From the UHGV virus genome UHGV-1451962: a DNA stretch of 64,000 nt; one strand, given 5' to 3'. Positions 1 to 9,293 of this stretch are shown in pieces. Origin of the DNA: a virus. Each line of letters starts with the position of its first letter. Positions within the stretch are counted from its first letter, which is position 1. The notes under the pieces were generated by a model. The model had not been told where the DNA came from and did not search any database. It saw only the letters and a program-made list of their open reading frames with translations. Made by a program: the position numbers and the translations under genes.

Positions 1-133
1 CTGTTGTTTCAAATTCTTGTCCAGCAACGTAAGATGTACGGTTTGGTGGAGTAGTAACTTCAATAGAGTGGAGTGCTATTGAGCTTCCGCCACCTTTTCC
101 GCCTTGTTCAGTTAAAATGCATTTAACAGGCAA
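1..133 (-). CDS. hypothetical protein, N-terminal part only (gene runs off window start)
   Basis: Minus-strand frame open to the window edge; TTG start at 131-133 with AAGGAGGT RBS at 143-150; N-terminus MPVKCILTEQGGKGGG; product unknown. Confidence 0.3.
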   Translation of the reverse strand, partial: MPVKCILTEQGGKGGGSSIALHSIEVTTPPNRTSYVAGQEFETT

Positions 134-251
134 GGTATAAGACCTCCTTATCAAGAATTATTATTAGAGTTTTAAAACTCCATCATTATTTATAGAATAA
201 AGTACACCTTTTAGATTAATTGGGAACGTACTTTCCATAAAAAATGTAAAA

Positions 252-285
252 TTGGGAAAAGGATATAAAAATATCCTTTTCCCAA
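252..285. promoter_or_regulatory. perfect inverted repeat TTGGGAAAAGGATAT-N4-ATATCCTTTTCCCAA in divergent promoter region
   Basis: 15-bp arms read directly from sequence; lies between divergent genes (1-133 minus, 425-2170 plus); operator-like, function unproven. Confidence 0.35.
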
Positions 286-424
286 TATAAAAATATATTC
301 TAAAAGTTTGGATATCTTATCCTTTTCATCTATACTTAAAGATTATTTTAATTAATTTTCCTTAGATTGACCAATGTTTCATAAGGTGTACTTTTTAAAC
401 TTATATTTTGAAAGGAGTTTTTAA

Positions 425-2170
425 ATGGCTGTTCAATGTGTACTTGTCGGAAAAGGCAAGGATGATGTATTTACTGCTGTTTATGGCGAAACTACATTTG
501 ATAAAGTGTTAAAAGCTTATAATGAAAATAAAGTAGTTCAAGTGATTTATCAAAATCGTATTTATTATTTAGATAATACTACTGTTGTAGATTCTCCTGA
601 AGCATTTTCTTTTATTTCTGCTTTTAGTAATCAAAATGATGAAGCTGGTGAAATAAAGCATTATGTAATAAGTTTAATGACAGGAGATAGTTGGTCTGGG
701 CCTTTCTTACAGAAATCTACTCCAGCAACTCACGCGAATACTCATAGTAAAAATGGTGATGATCCACTTACCCCCGCAGATATTGGAGCTATGGAATTAT
801 CAGAAAATGTTCTTAAACAATCAAATGAAGATATTACTTCTCAAGTAGCGCAAGCTTTATTTGGGGATTTAGTTCCTTTTAGCGGTGGAACCATGACTGG
901 TTTGTTAAATGTTCTTACTCCTGTTAGAGATAGTAATGCTACTACTAAAAAGTATGTAGATGATGCTTTGAGTGAGAAAATTGGAATGGATGGCATTGGC
1001 GATTTGCATGTATGGAAGAAGACTATAATAACAAAACAGGAGATTCCAGCAAGTTTTACTTTAGGTGATGTACACTCTGGTTCGTTTCGTTTTGTTAGTG
1101 GTGAAACTAATGTGTTGTTAGTAGGTACTCCTAAAGTTAATGAGAGTGGTGTCGTTACCTTAACAAACTCTGCGCAGTATAATTTTAATTATAATTCTTC
1201 ATCTCCTAGTATATCTGATCTGCGAGGACAGTATTGCATGTTTACCATGATAGCCGATCAATTTTCTAGTTTTACTGCCAATAAAGTTTTTTATATACCC
1301 ACTGATGCAAACTATATTTCTTTATCAAGTTCTAAAAATATTACTAAATATCAAGATGTTAATGGTACACCTAAAATTCCTGCCGAAGTAACTACTACCT
1401 ATCCCGCATCTACTAATCCCAATGCGTATCAAGAGGGGAGCGATGCAAAACCAGCAGGATATGTACTTGGTAATGTGATAACAGGTTCATTTTGTATTGG
1501 TAATACAACAGCACCTACGAGAGCTGCTTATTATGTCGCATCTGATATTTCTGTATCTGATAATGGTGTTTTATCTATTTCAACACAAACAAATATAACT
1601 ATTGGTGGTAATTTTTTTGTATCTAGCCGTGATTTAATTGCTGGTAAATTTATACAAATTTATAATAAAGGGTCTATGTCTTCTGTTTTATCTGAACCAT
1701 TCACAACAGTACCAGGCCCAATTATTTATATTCCGAATGATGTAAACTTAACGTCTGGCGGTGATGGAAATTTAAATTTATATATTGATCGCTACCAACC
1801 TATTACTGGCTACGCTGCTATCCCCGCAGGCACCACTATTGAATATCTGGGGAAGTTGGGAGATAAGACTAGGGTAATAATTGGCTCGTATATTGGGACA
1901 GGGGTCTGCGGGGCAGAGAATCCGACCAAAATAAAAACGAGTTTTTTACCGAAACTTGTAGCAATAAATGGAGTAGGAAATACCGGCAGTACGGGCATTA
2001 TTCTGTTTTTTCGAGATATGAACTATGCGTTCTCAGAAATCGGCTCAAGTACCAACTTTAACTTTACTAATATAACCTGGTTATCAGACGGAGTACATTG
2101 GTATTCTAGCAAAGTCCTTATGCAGGGGAATAAGCAGGGGGCAATTTATAAATACATTGTTATCGGTTAA
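425..2170 (+). CDS. tail fibre protein
   Basis: 581-aa ORF, ATG after GAAAGGAG RBS; tail-fibre signature SGGTMTGLLNV...ATTKKYVDDAL and HANTHSKNGDDPLTPADIGA. Confidence 0.7.
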   Translation: MAVQCVLVGKGKDDVFTAVYGETTFDKVLKAYNENKVVQVIYQNRIYYLDNTTVVDSPEAFSFISAFSNQNDEAGEIKHYVISLMTGDSWSGPFLQKSTPATHANTHSKNGDDPLTPADIGAMELSENVLKQSNEDITSQVAQALFGDLVPFSGGTMTGLLNVLTPVRDSNATTKKYVDDALSEKIGMDGIGDLHVWKKTIITKQEIPASFTLGDVHSGSFRFVSGETNVLLVGTPKVNESGVVTLTNSAQYNFNYNSSSPSISDLRGQYCMFTMIADQFSSFTANKVFYIPTDANYISLSSSKNITKYQDVNGTPKIPAEVTTTYPASTNPNAYQEGSDAKPAGYVLGNVITGSFCIGNTTAPTRAAYYVASDISVSDNGVLSISTQTNITIGGNFFVSSRDLIAGKFIQIYNKGSMSSVLSEPFTTVPGPIIYIPNDVNLTSGGDGNLNLYIDRYQPITGYAAIPAGTTIEYLGKLGDKTRVIIGSYIGTGVCGAENPTKIKTSFLPKLVAINGVGNTGSTGIILFFRDMNYAFSEIGSSTNFNFTNITWLSDGVHWYSSKVLMQGNKQGAIYKYIVIG

Positions 2171-2222
2171 AAAAAGAATTTTAATGTACTACATCAACAA
2201 CCAAAAGGAGGAAATAAATTAA

Positions 2223-2534
2223 ATGTTTTATATTAATTCAATAAAACAAAATAATAATTATGGTAATCCTATGGGTCAATATTTTAAAGACTCAATACAA
2301 TTACCAGATGAATTATTAAACAATTATCTTGAAACAAAAGGATTTTGTAATTTTGAAATTCAAGATAATATTATTACAAAAATAATTGTAAATCAAAATG
2401 ATTTAGATGATTATAATAATAACCATCTAGAGGTTAAACCAGAACCATCAGCAGAGCAAGATATAAATGCAATGTTAGTAGACCAAGAATATAGAATAAC
2501 ATTACTAGAATTAGGTATGAAAGGAGATTCCTAA
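2223..2534 (+). CDS. hypothetical protein (tail-fibre associated)
   Basis: 103-aa ORF with AAAAGGAGG RBS, between tail fibre and XkdX-like gene. Confidence 0.55.
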   Translation: MFYINSIKQNNNYGNPMGQYFKDSIQLPDELLNNYLETKGFCNFEIQDNIITKIIVNQNDLDDYNNNHLEVKPEPSAEQDINAMLVDQEYRITLLELGMKGDS

Positions 2535-2668
2535 TGTTATATAGAGTTTTAAAAAGAATGATTGAAGCAGGTCAAACAGAAGGCCTGCAAGAAAAAATAG
2601 ATATTTTCTTTGCGGCTGGCCGCATTACCGCAGACCAATACACTGAACTCACTAAATTATTATCATAA
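2534..2668 (+). CDS. XkdX-family small phage protein
   Basis: 44-aa ORF MLYRVLKRMIEAGQTEGLQEKIDIFFAAGRITADQYTELTKLLS, start overlaps upstream stop (TAATG); C-terminal GRITADQYTELT resembles the XkdX motif; below the ORF-track size cutoff. Confidence 0.5.
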   Translation: MLYRVLKRMIEAGQTEGLQEKIDIFFAAGRITADQYTELTKLLS

Positions 2669-2689
2669 TTCCCAAAATTTTTGGGAATT
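2667..2689. promoter_or_regulatory. 23-bp perfect palindrome AATTCCCAAAA-T-TTTTGGGAATT (terminator-like hairpin or protein-binding site)
   Basis: Read directly; begins at the XkdX-like stop codon and precedes the serine recombinase gene; shares a TTGGGAA core with palindromes at 252-285 and 3892-3901. Confidence 0.35.
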
Positions 2690-2739
2690 TTAGATTAATC
2701 GTCTACTAATAATTTTCTTATATAGTAGAGGTGAAAAAG

Positions 2740-3357
2740 GTGTTATATGGTTATGCAAGAGTTTCTTCCCGCGACCAAAATATAGATAGACAAATAATTG
2801 CATTAAAAGAGGTCGGCGTAGAAGAAGAAAATATCTTCATAGATAAACAATCAGGTAAAGATTTTAATAGACCTTCTTATCAAGAATTATTAGAAACAAT
2901 TAAAACAGGAGATATGGTAATTATAAAATCCATAGATAGATTAGGTCGAAATTATTCAGAAATTTTAGAACAGTGGAGAATTATTACTAAAGTTCTGAAT
3001 GTAGATATTAAAGTTATTGATATGCCGTTACTCGATACCTCCTACGGGGATGGTACATTAAATAACTTTATAGCTGATTTAGTTTTACAAATTCTCTCTT
3101 TTCAGGCAGAACAAGAGAGAATTTGTATTAAACAGCGACAAGCAGAAGGAATAGCTGCTGCAAAACAAAAAGGAGTTAAATTTGGCCGACCCCGCAAACA
3201 GCTTCCTTCTAATTTTGAAGATTTATATTATAGATATTTAAATAATGAACCAGTGGATAGATTATCAAAAGATTGTAAAGGATTATCTAAATCTACTTTG
3301 CGGTTGCGACTACAAGAACGTCATTCTAAAGATAAAGCATTGGGTGTAATTATTTAA
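2740..3357 (+). CDS. small serine recombinase (resolvase/invertase family)
   Basis: YARVSSRDQ catalytic-serine motif at N-terminus, about 205 aa; GTG start at 2740 (or GTG 2731) after AGAGGTG. Confidence 0.8.
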   Translation: MLYGYARVSSRDQNIDRQIIALKEVGVEEENIFIDKQSGKDFNRPSYQELLETIKTGDMVIIKSIDRLGRNYSEILEQWRIITKVLNVDIKVIDMPLLDTSYGDGTLNNFIADLVLQILSFQAEQERICIKQRQAEGIAAAKQKGVKFGRPRKQLPSNFEDLYYRYLNNEPVDRLSKDCKGLSKSTLRLRLQERHSKDKALGVII

Positions 3358-3414
3358 TCTTTCTATTGTTTATTTTAATTATAATGAAACTAATATAGAA
3401 AGTAGGTCTATAAT

Positions 3415-3819
3415 ATGAATTATTATGAATTATGGACACAAATTTGGCAGATTTGTTTAGTCCCCTTATTTGCGGCTTTAACTGCTTTTGTTGTTAAATA
3501 TTTAAATGCTAAAAGTCAAGAAGTTTCTAAAAATATAAATAATGCAACTGCTGAAAAATATATAGAAATGATTAATAATACTGTTACAAAATGTGTTATT
3601 GCTACAAATCAAACTTATGTTAATAGTCTTAAAGAGCAAGGTAAGTTTGATGTAGAAGCTCAAAAGAAAGCTTTTAAACAAACTTATGAAGCAGTTATAA
3701 GTATTTTAAGTGAAGATGCAAAACAATATATTAAAGAAACAACCAATGATTTAAATACGTATTTAACACAGTTAATAGAAGCAGAGGTAAATAAACGTAG
3801 ATTAGAACCAGAAAAATAA
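3415..3819 (+). CDS. holin-like small membrane protein (possibly LL-H-type holin)
   Basis: 134 aa, single N-terminal hydrophobic helix (ICLVPLFAALTAFVV) then charged helical tail; follows the tail-fibre/XkdX block as in PBSX-like lysis modules. Confidence 0.4.
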   Translation: MNYYELWTQIWQICLVPLFAALTAFVVKYLNAKSQEVSKNINNATAEKYIEMINNTVTKCVIATNQTYVNSLKEQGKFDVEAQKKAFKQTYEAVISILSEDAKQYIKETTNDLNTYLTQLIEAEVNKRRLEPEK

Positions 3820-3824
3820 TTAAA

Positions 3825-3862
3825 GGCTCCCTTAGTTTTTCGCTAAGGGAGCCTTTTTTTTT
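3825..3862 (+). terminator. rho-independent terminator
   Basis: GGCTCCCTTAG...CTAAGGGAGCC stem followed by a T9 run. Confidence 0.65.
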
Positions 3863-3891
3863 GTCAAAATTTTTTCCAAATTTTTTGACAA
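3861..3891. promoter_or_regulatory. inverted repeat TTGTCAAAATTTTTT-CC-AAATTTTTTGACAA overlapping a TTGACA -35-like hexamer
   Basis: Read directly; immediately followed by AATTGGGAAA (3892-3901); upstream of gene at 3973. Confidence 0.3.
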
Positions 3892-3972
3892 AATTGGGAA
3901 ATCGTATGGGAATAAAATTTATATATGTATGGAAGGTAAAGGAAATAAAAAAATTTTTAGAAAGGAAAAATT

Positions 3973-4410
3973 ATGTATCCATACAATAACAATAATTATT
4001 ACCCACAGCAAACAATGCGTCAGCCGCAAACATATATCAATCCAACTCCGCAGATAATGGCGCCTCCGGGGTTGAAAGGACGTATGGTTTCTTCATTAGA
4101 AGAAGCAAGGGCAACAAGTATTGATTTTGATGGCTCTGTTTTTTATTTTCCAGATTTAGCGAATAAGAAAATTTATACAAAGCAAATTAATATGGATGGT
4201 ACTGCTACATTAAATATGTATGAGTTAAAAGAAGGCCCAACTTCTAATAATTCTACTTATGTAACAAGAGAAGAATTTAATAATGCTTTGAATAAAATTC
4301 AAATGAACTTTAATTTGTTAAATAATCAGCAAGAACCACCTGTGGCGCAAGTTCCTCCTCCTGAACCTGCTCCAGAAGAAACGCAAAATGCGCCTACATA
4401 TAAATTTTAA
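3973..4410 (+). CDS. hypothetical protein, Q/N/Y/P-rich termini
   Basis: 145-aa ORF with GAAAGGAAAAATT RBS; low-complexity N- and C-termini; no recognised motif. Confidence 0.55.
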   Translation: MYPYNNNNYYPQQTMRQPQTYINPTPQIMAPPGLKGRMVSSLEEARATSIDFDGSVFYFPDLANKKIYTKQINMDGTATLNMYELKEGPTSNNSTYVTREEFNNALNKIQMNFNLLNNQQEPPVAQVPPPEPAPEETQNAPTYKF

Positions 4411-4421
4411 GGAGGAAAATA

Positions 4422-4664
4422 ATGCAAGCAAATCCAATGCAAATTTTATCAATGATTAAAGGAGGTAAAAATCCTCAACAATTAGTGATGAATATTTTAG
4501 AGCAGCAAGCACAAAATAATCCTATGGGTGCTAACTTATTACAGCTAGTTAAAGATAATAAGACTGCGGATATTGAACAAATTGTTAGAAATTATGCCAA
4601 AGGTCAAGGCATAGATTTCGACAAAGAATTTAATGCTTTTAAACAAATGTTAGGCATTAAATAA
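4422..4664 (+). CDS. hypothetical protein
   Basis: 80-aa ORF with AAGGAGGAAAA RBS, tightly packed in plus-strand operon. Confidence 0.55.
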   Translation: MQANPMQILSMIKGGKNPQQLVMNILEQQAQNNPMGANLLQLVKDNKTADIEQIVRNYAKGQGIDFDKEFNAFKQMLGIK

Positions 4665-4692
4665 TTTTATAAAACAAAAGGAGAATAAAAAA

Positions 4693-5529
4693 ATGTTTAA
4701 TACTGCAAATTCTAGCTATTCTTTAGCTGATATCGCCGCAGCTACCGGCGGTAATCGTTGTAATGATGATGGTTTTGGTGGAGGCAATGGCTGGTGGGTC
4801 ATCCTTCTGTTCTTATTCATGATGAATGGATGGGGCTGGGGTGAAAACGGCTATGGTCGTAGCGTGTCACCAATGGGAGGTACAACTACCCGTGAAGAAA
4901 TTGCATATGGCTTTGATATGAATGGCTTGGAGAACTCTGTTCGTGGTATTCAAAATGGCCTATGTGATGGTTTTTATGCTCTTAACAATAGTCTTTTAAC
5001 CGGTTTTGGCAATCAAGCTTTGAATACTCAGCAAGGTTTTGCTAGTACCGATAATGCTATTTGTACTCTTGGTTATCAGACTGCTCAGTTGGCTAATGGT
5101 ATCACTTCTGATATGAACCAGAATACTAATACTATTACTCTTGGTATGAATAATGGTTTTAATGGTGTTACTGCTGGTTTAACTGCTTTGGGTACACAGT
5201 TACAGTCTTGTTGCTGTGAAACCGGGCGTGCTATTGAGCGTGGTTTTAGTGACTTAAACTATAACTTAGCTACTCAGTCTTGCGACACTCGTAGAGCTGT
5301 TCAAGATAGCACTCGTGAAATCTTAGATTTCTTAACTCAGGATAAGATTGCTTCCTTACAGTCCGAGAATCAGACTTTGAAATTTGCGGCTTCTCAGCAA
5401 GCCCAAAATGCTTATCTGGTTAGCGAACTTGGTCAGAAAGCTCCTATCCCCGCTTATGTAGTGGCTAATCCTTATTGCAACTGCGGTTCCGCAAATTCTT
5501 GCAATAGCTGCTGCTCTAGCATTTATTAA
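4693..5529 (+). CDS. Cys-rich protein with Gly/Trp-rich hydrophobic segment
   Basis: 278 aa; GWWVILLFLFMMNGWGWG hydrophobic segment, CCC triplet, C-terminal CNCGSANSCNSCCSSIY; AAAAGGAG RBS. Confidence 0.55.
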   Translation: MFNTANSSYSLADIAAATGGNRCNDDGFGGGNGWWVILLFLFMMNGWGWGENGYGRSVSPMGGTTTREEIAYGFDMNGLENSVRGIQNGLCDGFYALNNSLLTGFGNQALNTQQGFASTDNAICTLGYQTAQLANGITSDMNQNTNTITLGMNNGFNGVTAGLTALGTQLQSCCCETGRAIERGFSDLNYNLATQSCDTRRAVQDSTREILDFLTQDKIASLQSENQTLKFAASQQAQNAYLVSELGQKAPIPAYVVANPYCNCGSANSCNSCCSSIY

Positions 5530-5553
5530 TTAAATTTGGAGGATAACTAATTT

Positions 5554-5976
5554 ATGGAAATTACAGCCAATGCTGCTCAATCAGTTGCAGCCAATCAAAA
5601 TGTTCTTATGACTGATACAGTAGTTGGTGGAAGTTGTTCAATGGTTCATCGTAATGGTAGTGGATTAGTTACTTTGCGCGGCCTGGCTAGCACCCAGTGC
5701 CGCGCTCGTTTTAGAGTAACTTTTGGCGCTAATATAGCTGTTCCTACTGGTGGAACCGCAGGTGCTATTTCTTTAGCTATTGCTATTAACGGCGAACCTG
5801 TTGCTACAACAACCATGACAACTACTCCAGCCGCAGTCGATCAGTACAATAACGTGTTTAGTAGTATCTTTTTAGATGTTCCTAAAGGTTGTTGTTCTCA
5901 GATTAGTATAAAAAATATTAGCACTCAAACAGTTAGCGTTCAAAATGCTAATCTAATTGTTGAACGTGTTGCTTAA
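5554..5976 (+). CDS. hypothetical protein (possibly beta-sandwich C1q/TNF-like decoration or receptor-binding protein)
   Basis: 140 aa, Thr/Ala/Val-rich beta-strand-like composition with GCCSQ; assignment is compositional only. Confidence 0.5.
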   Translation: MEITANAAQSVAANQNVLMTDTVVGGSCSMVHRNGSGLVTLRGLASTQCRARFRVTFGANIAVPTGGTAGAISLAIAINGEPVATTTMTTTPAAVDQYNNVFSSIFLDVPKGCCSQISIKNISTQTVSVQNANLIVERVA

Positions 5977-5990
5977 TTTGGAGGTACAGT

Positions 5991-6545
5991 ATGGAAAGAC
6001 TAAAAAATATGAGAAATTGTTTAATGGCTTGTGTTGAAGGGGAATTGGCCCATCTTGATACTGTTGATGCTCATGAATTAGGTGAAGCAGTAGATATGAT
6101 AAAAGATTGTGAAGAAGCGATGTATTATCATACTATTAGAAAAGCTATGGAAGAGTCTGATTATAATATTAATAATAGAGATATGGATAAACATCATGGT
6201 AGAATGTATTATCCTACTCCTAGAATGTATTATACGATTGATCCTAAAATGAAGAAACATATAAAAGATGAGGATGATTATGTATATTATGATGATATGT
6301 ACATGATGCCTTATAAGCCTTTAGAAAAAATGCGGGATAAGCGTGAAGGTCGTAGTCCTATAAGCCGCAAAACTTATATGGAATCAAAAGAAATGCACAA
6401 AGATAAGCCCACTCAGCTAAAAGAGTTAGAACACTATATGCAGGAATTAGCTAGTGATATAGTGGAAATGATAGAAGGTGCATCTCCCGAAGAAAAACAA
6501 ATGATACAACAACGCATTAATTCTATTTCCGCTAAAATACAATAA
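5991..6545 (+). CDS. hypothetical protein
   Basis: 184-aa ORF with GGAGGT RBS, rich in Y/M/D/K; no recognised motif. Confidence 0.55.
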   Translation: MERLKNMRNCLMACVEGELAHLDTVDAHELGEAVDMIKDCEEAMYYHTIRKAMEESDYNINNRDMDKHHGRMYYPTPRMYYTIDPKMKKHIKDEDDYVYYDDMYMMPYKPLEKMRDKREGRSPISRKTYMESKEMHKDKPTQLKELEHYMQELASDIVEMIEGASPEEKQMIQQRINSISAKIQ

Positions 6546-6877
6546 TGTATACAGTAAATGTAAATGGTGAAACATGGACAATAGAATTTGTTTCTTCTTC
6601 TAATTATAATTTAATGAGAAGTGATGGAACTTATACTATTGGAGTTTGTGATGATGAAACTAAAACCATTTATATAGATAAAAATTTAAATAATAGTTAT
6701 TTGCAAAAAGTTTTGTGCCATGAGATAACCCATGCTGCAATGTTTAGCTATGATATAAATTTATCCCTTGAACAAGAAGAATTATTAGCTGATTTATTAG
6801 CAACATATGGAGAAGAAGTAGTACAAAAAGCAAATATATTATTTAAACGTATAAAAGAAAATAGGGGAAGCTATTAA
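6545..6877 (+). CDS. putative zinc metallopeptidase (HExxH, ImmA/IrrE-like)
   Basis: 110 aa with LCHEITHAAMF (HExxH) motif; start overlaps upstream stop. Confidence 0.5.
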   Translation: MYTVNVNGETWTIEFVSSSNYNLMRSDGTYTIGVCDDETKTIYIDKNLNNSYLQKVLCHEITHAAMFSYDINLSLEQEELLADLLATYGEEVVQKANILFKRIKENRGSY

Positions 6878-6897
6878 ATTAGCTTCCCCTATTTTTT
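6863..6897. terminator. bidirectional rho-independent terminator
   Basis: AGGGGAAGCT...AGCTTCCCCT stem flanked by A-run and T-run, between convergent genes. Confidence 0.6.
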
Positions 6898-7308
6898 ACT
6901 TTCTATATCACGAATCGGCAATTCACAAACTCGTTCATAAAAATCCTGTCCTCGACCATTGCCTTTTAATCCTTCATGGTAAGTTTTCCACATAGCAGTA
7001 AGTGCAGAAAATTCATCAGACGTCAAATAACCTCTTTCTAAGTATTCTCGACAAAGATTTATTAGTCTTTCACTATAATCTTCTTTTAACGCTTCAAATT
7101 TCTTATTCTCTATATCAATCTGTTCTTGAAGAGGATTCAATTTTTCTTCTATTGTTTCATCTAATTTATTTTCATTTAATTTTTCAAATGCTTCTTTATA
7201 CTGCTGAAATTTTTTATCTAAATTTCTAAAATAAGCTAATAAACCAGCAGAAATCAAACCAAAAATAATTTCAAACCAATGTTCGACAAAGAAGGCGCCT
7301 GTTATCAT
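6889..7308 (-). CDS. membrane protein, unknown function
   Basis: Start moved to internal ATG (MITGAFF...) 12 nt after AAGGAGG; N-terminal TM helix then coiled-coil-like region. Confidence 0.5.
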   Translation of the reverse strand: MITGAFFVEHWFEIIFGLISAGLLAYFRNLDKKFQQYKEAFEKLNENKLDETIEEKLNPLQEQIDIENKKFEALKEDYSERLINLCREYLERGYLTSDEFSALTAMWKTYHEGLKGNGRGQDFYERVCELPIRDIESKK

Positions 7309-7381
7309 AAGATTTTTCAACCTCCTTAAATTGTTCATTACATTTAAAAATAGTTTGAAATTAATTAATATATTTTGTCCT

Positions 7382-7891
7382 TTAAGACCAATCAAATCCT
7401 CTATTTAAAGCATGATAACCAATACAAATTGCATCAGCTTCATCTTGCGTAGGTTTTATTTTGTATTTATTAATTACAAAAGCCTGCGCGTTTTTTTTCT
7501 GCTCATTTCTAATTTTCCCAGTTACACCGCAAGTTTTTTTCCAAGCAGAAGAAGAAACAACATCATATTTAATGTTTTCTTTTTCCAATAAACTTAATAA
7601 TGCTCCTTGTACATGGGCAAGTTTTTTATAAGTAACTACTCCAAAATCTTTCGCTTTTATCTTTTTGCCATTTGGTTCATATTCTTGTAGTTGTATATCT
7701 TCAATAATAACTTCTACATCCCCATTTAGAGTATCAATTATATTCTCTAACCAATCTCTTAATTTAGAAATTCTTAGCATATATTCTCCTTCTGGATGAA
7801 TATGACCATAAGTAATTAACTCTTGGCCTTTAAATACAGCATATCCAGTAATGGCTGTACTTTGATCTAAGGCCAAGAGAAATTTAGACAT
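7382..7891 (-). CDS. ruvC: RuvC-like Holliday junction resolvase
   Basis: LALDQSTAITGYAVF N-terminal motif and DEADAICIG acidic motif, 169 aa. Confidence 0.7.
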   Translation of the reverse strand: MSKFLLALDQSTAITGYAVFKGQELITYGHIHPEGEYMLRISKLRDWLENIIDTLNGDVEVIIEDIQLQEYEPNGKKIKAKDFGVVTYKKLAHVQGALLSLLEKENIKYDVVSSSAWKKTCGVTGKIRNEQKKNAQAFVINKYKIKPTQDEADAICIGYHALNRGFDWS

Positions 7892-8433
7892 TATCTACCA
7901 GTTGAACCGTATCCACCAATGCGTTCATTTTCACTTTTATCATCATCTGTTACAGAATAATTATGAATTACACCTTGGCCAATACGATCACCTTTTTTTA
8001 ATTCAATAGCAAAAGGACTTAAATTAATCATTTGAAAGAAAATTTCTCCATCATTTTCAGGATTACCTGCGTAGTCAGCATCTACAATACCCGGCGCATT
8101 GCCTTGAATCAACCAGTATTTAAGAGGAGTTGAGCTACGAACCGCCAACTGCAAATACTGATTAGGTTCCATATAACATTTTACACCAGTAGAAACAAGA
8201 GTAGGTTTAGCTTTCGTGGCTTTTGTAATCTTTTCCATCTGTTCTAAAGTAATAATATTATCATCAGAAACTTGAACAGAATTCTTCAAAAGATTCATTG
8301 TATGAGTTTCAAGTGGTGGAATTATAATATTTTCCGCAACATACATATCATAACCTGCGGAATACTTGGTACCTCTCTTCGGCATTTGAATATCTACATT
8401 TTCAAAACGCTTTACTTTTTCAAACTTAATCAA
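7891..8433 (-). CDS. dut: dUTP diphosphatase (trimeric dUTPase)
   Basis: All five dUTPase motifs visible: SAGYDMY, RSSTP, GIVDADYAG, RIGQ, GGYGSTGR. Confidence 0.85.
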   Translation of the reverse strand: MIKFEKVKRFENVDIQMPKRGTKYSAGYDMYVAENIIIPPLETHTMNLLKNSVQVSDDNIITLEQMEKITKATKAKPTLVSTGVKCYMEPNQYLQLAVRSSTPLKYWLIQGNAPGIVDADYAGNPENDGEIFFQMINLSPFAIELKKGDRIGQGVIHNYSVTDDDKSENERIGGYGSTGR

Positions 8434-8683
8434 TATCTACATCCTCCTTATAGCCATAAAAAGCATCAACATTACTTTCAGGATTCTTTTCATCATTAAA
8501 ACTTATTGTAGCTTTAACAACTTGATATTCTTCATCTGTTGCTTTAACGTATTTAGTAGTATAGCTAAAGCTAGTTAATTCACCATAATTATTTTTAGAA
8601 AGCTCCTCACGCAAAGCAAGAGCATCATAAACAGTAGGAACTCTATAAACATTAGTGACTTTAATTAAATTTTTATTAATCAT
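8426..8683 (-). CDS. hypothetical protein
   Basis: 85-aa ORF, operon-packed, overlapping start/stop with neighbours. Confidence 0.45.
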   Translation of the reverse strand: MINKNLIKVTNVYRVPTVYDALALREELSKNNYGELTSFSYTTKYVKATDEEYQVVKATISFNDEKNPESNVDAFYGYKEDVDID

Positions 8684-8685
8684 TT

Positions 8686-8946
8686 TTAAACATCCTCAAT
8701 CACAATATTTTTATTCATATATTCATTATTTGAATTAATATAATTTTTTACCTCTGAAGCAATAGCGTAAGGAGCATGAATTTTAACATTATAAATCTGC
8801 TCTGCTTCAACAATGCTCATAATTTGATCTGCCATATCTTTAGGGTTAGAACTCACTCTAAATTTTTTGCTAGTATTAGTAATAAAAACTTCAGAATTAA
8901 TTACGCCAGGATCATAAACAACAAAAATATCTTTTTTAATACTCAA
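8686..8946 (-). CDS. hypothetical protein
   Basis: 86-aa ORF in same operon. Confidence 0.45.
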   Translation of the reverse strand: MSIKKDIFVVYDPGVINSEVFITNTSKKFRVSSNPKDMADQIMSIVEAEQIYNVKIHAPYAIASEVKNYINSNNEYMNKNIVIEDV

Positions 8947-9293
8947 ATTTCAACTACTCCTTTCGCATAATCAAAGAAATAAAAAACTTTAATACCATTA
9001 TAATCAATCCAAAATTCTAGTGCATTTCCATCTTCTGCTGTTTCAATAGATTTAACTGGGCCTAAAGCCTTTACAATATCAATAATTTCATCTGTCATTG
9101 TCTTAAACAAATAACTATCTGTAAAAGTATACAAAGTATAGTATCGAGATTCATTATTTAACATCATATAATAAGAAGAAGGATGGGTTTTTAAAAAATT
9201 ACAAATAAACTTTTTAGAGTTTTCAAGCTCTTCATCTGTCATATTAGGAAGAGAGTTATATCCCATTTTTTCAAAATCATATTTATCAATCAT
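8943..9293 (-). CDS. hypothetical protein
   Basis: 116-aa ORF, 4-nt overlap with downstream gene. Confidence 0.45.
   Translation of the reverse strand: MIDKYDFEKMGYNSLPNMTDEELENSKKFICNFLKTHPSSYYMMLNNESRYYTLYTFTDSYLFKTMTDEIIDIVKALGPVKSIETAEDGNALEFWIDYNGIKVFYFFDYAKGVVEI

Noticed and set aside
1810-1998. Short ORFs antisense to or nested inside longer, motif-supported genes (1810-1998, 6078-6260, 7002-7229, 8272-8499, 8776-8970, 12554-12760, 13501-13683, 24203-24478, 25229-25417, 26774-27055, 28985-29335, 29573-29818, 31709-32035, 34187-34375, 35981-36184, 41019-41222, 41596-41835, 41759-42052, 42211-42444, 44094-44294, 48367-48552, 48389-48673, 48882-49408, 54088-54315, 54236-54445, 55399-55605, 60690-60887)
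   Set aside because: Each overlaps a gene on the opposite strand that has clear motifs and RBS, lacks its own RBS, and has low-complexity Leu/Ile/Phe-rich translation typical of antisense AT-rich sequence.
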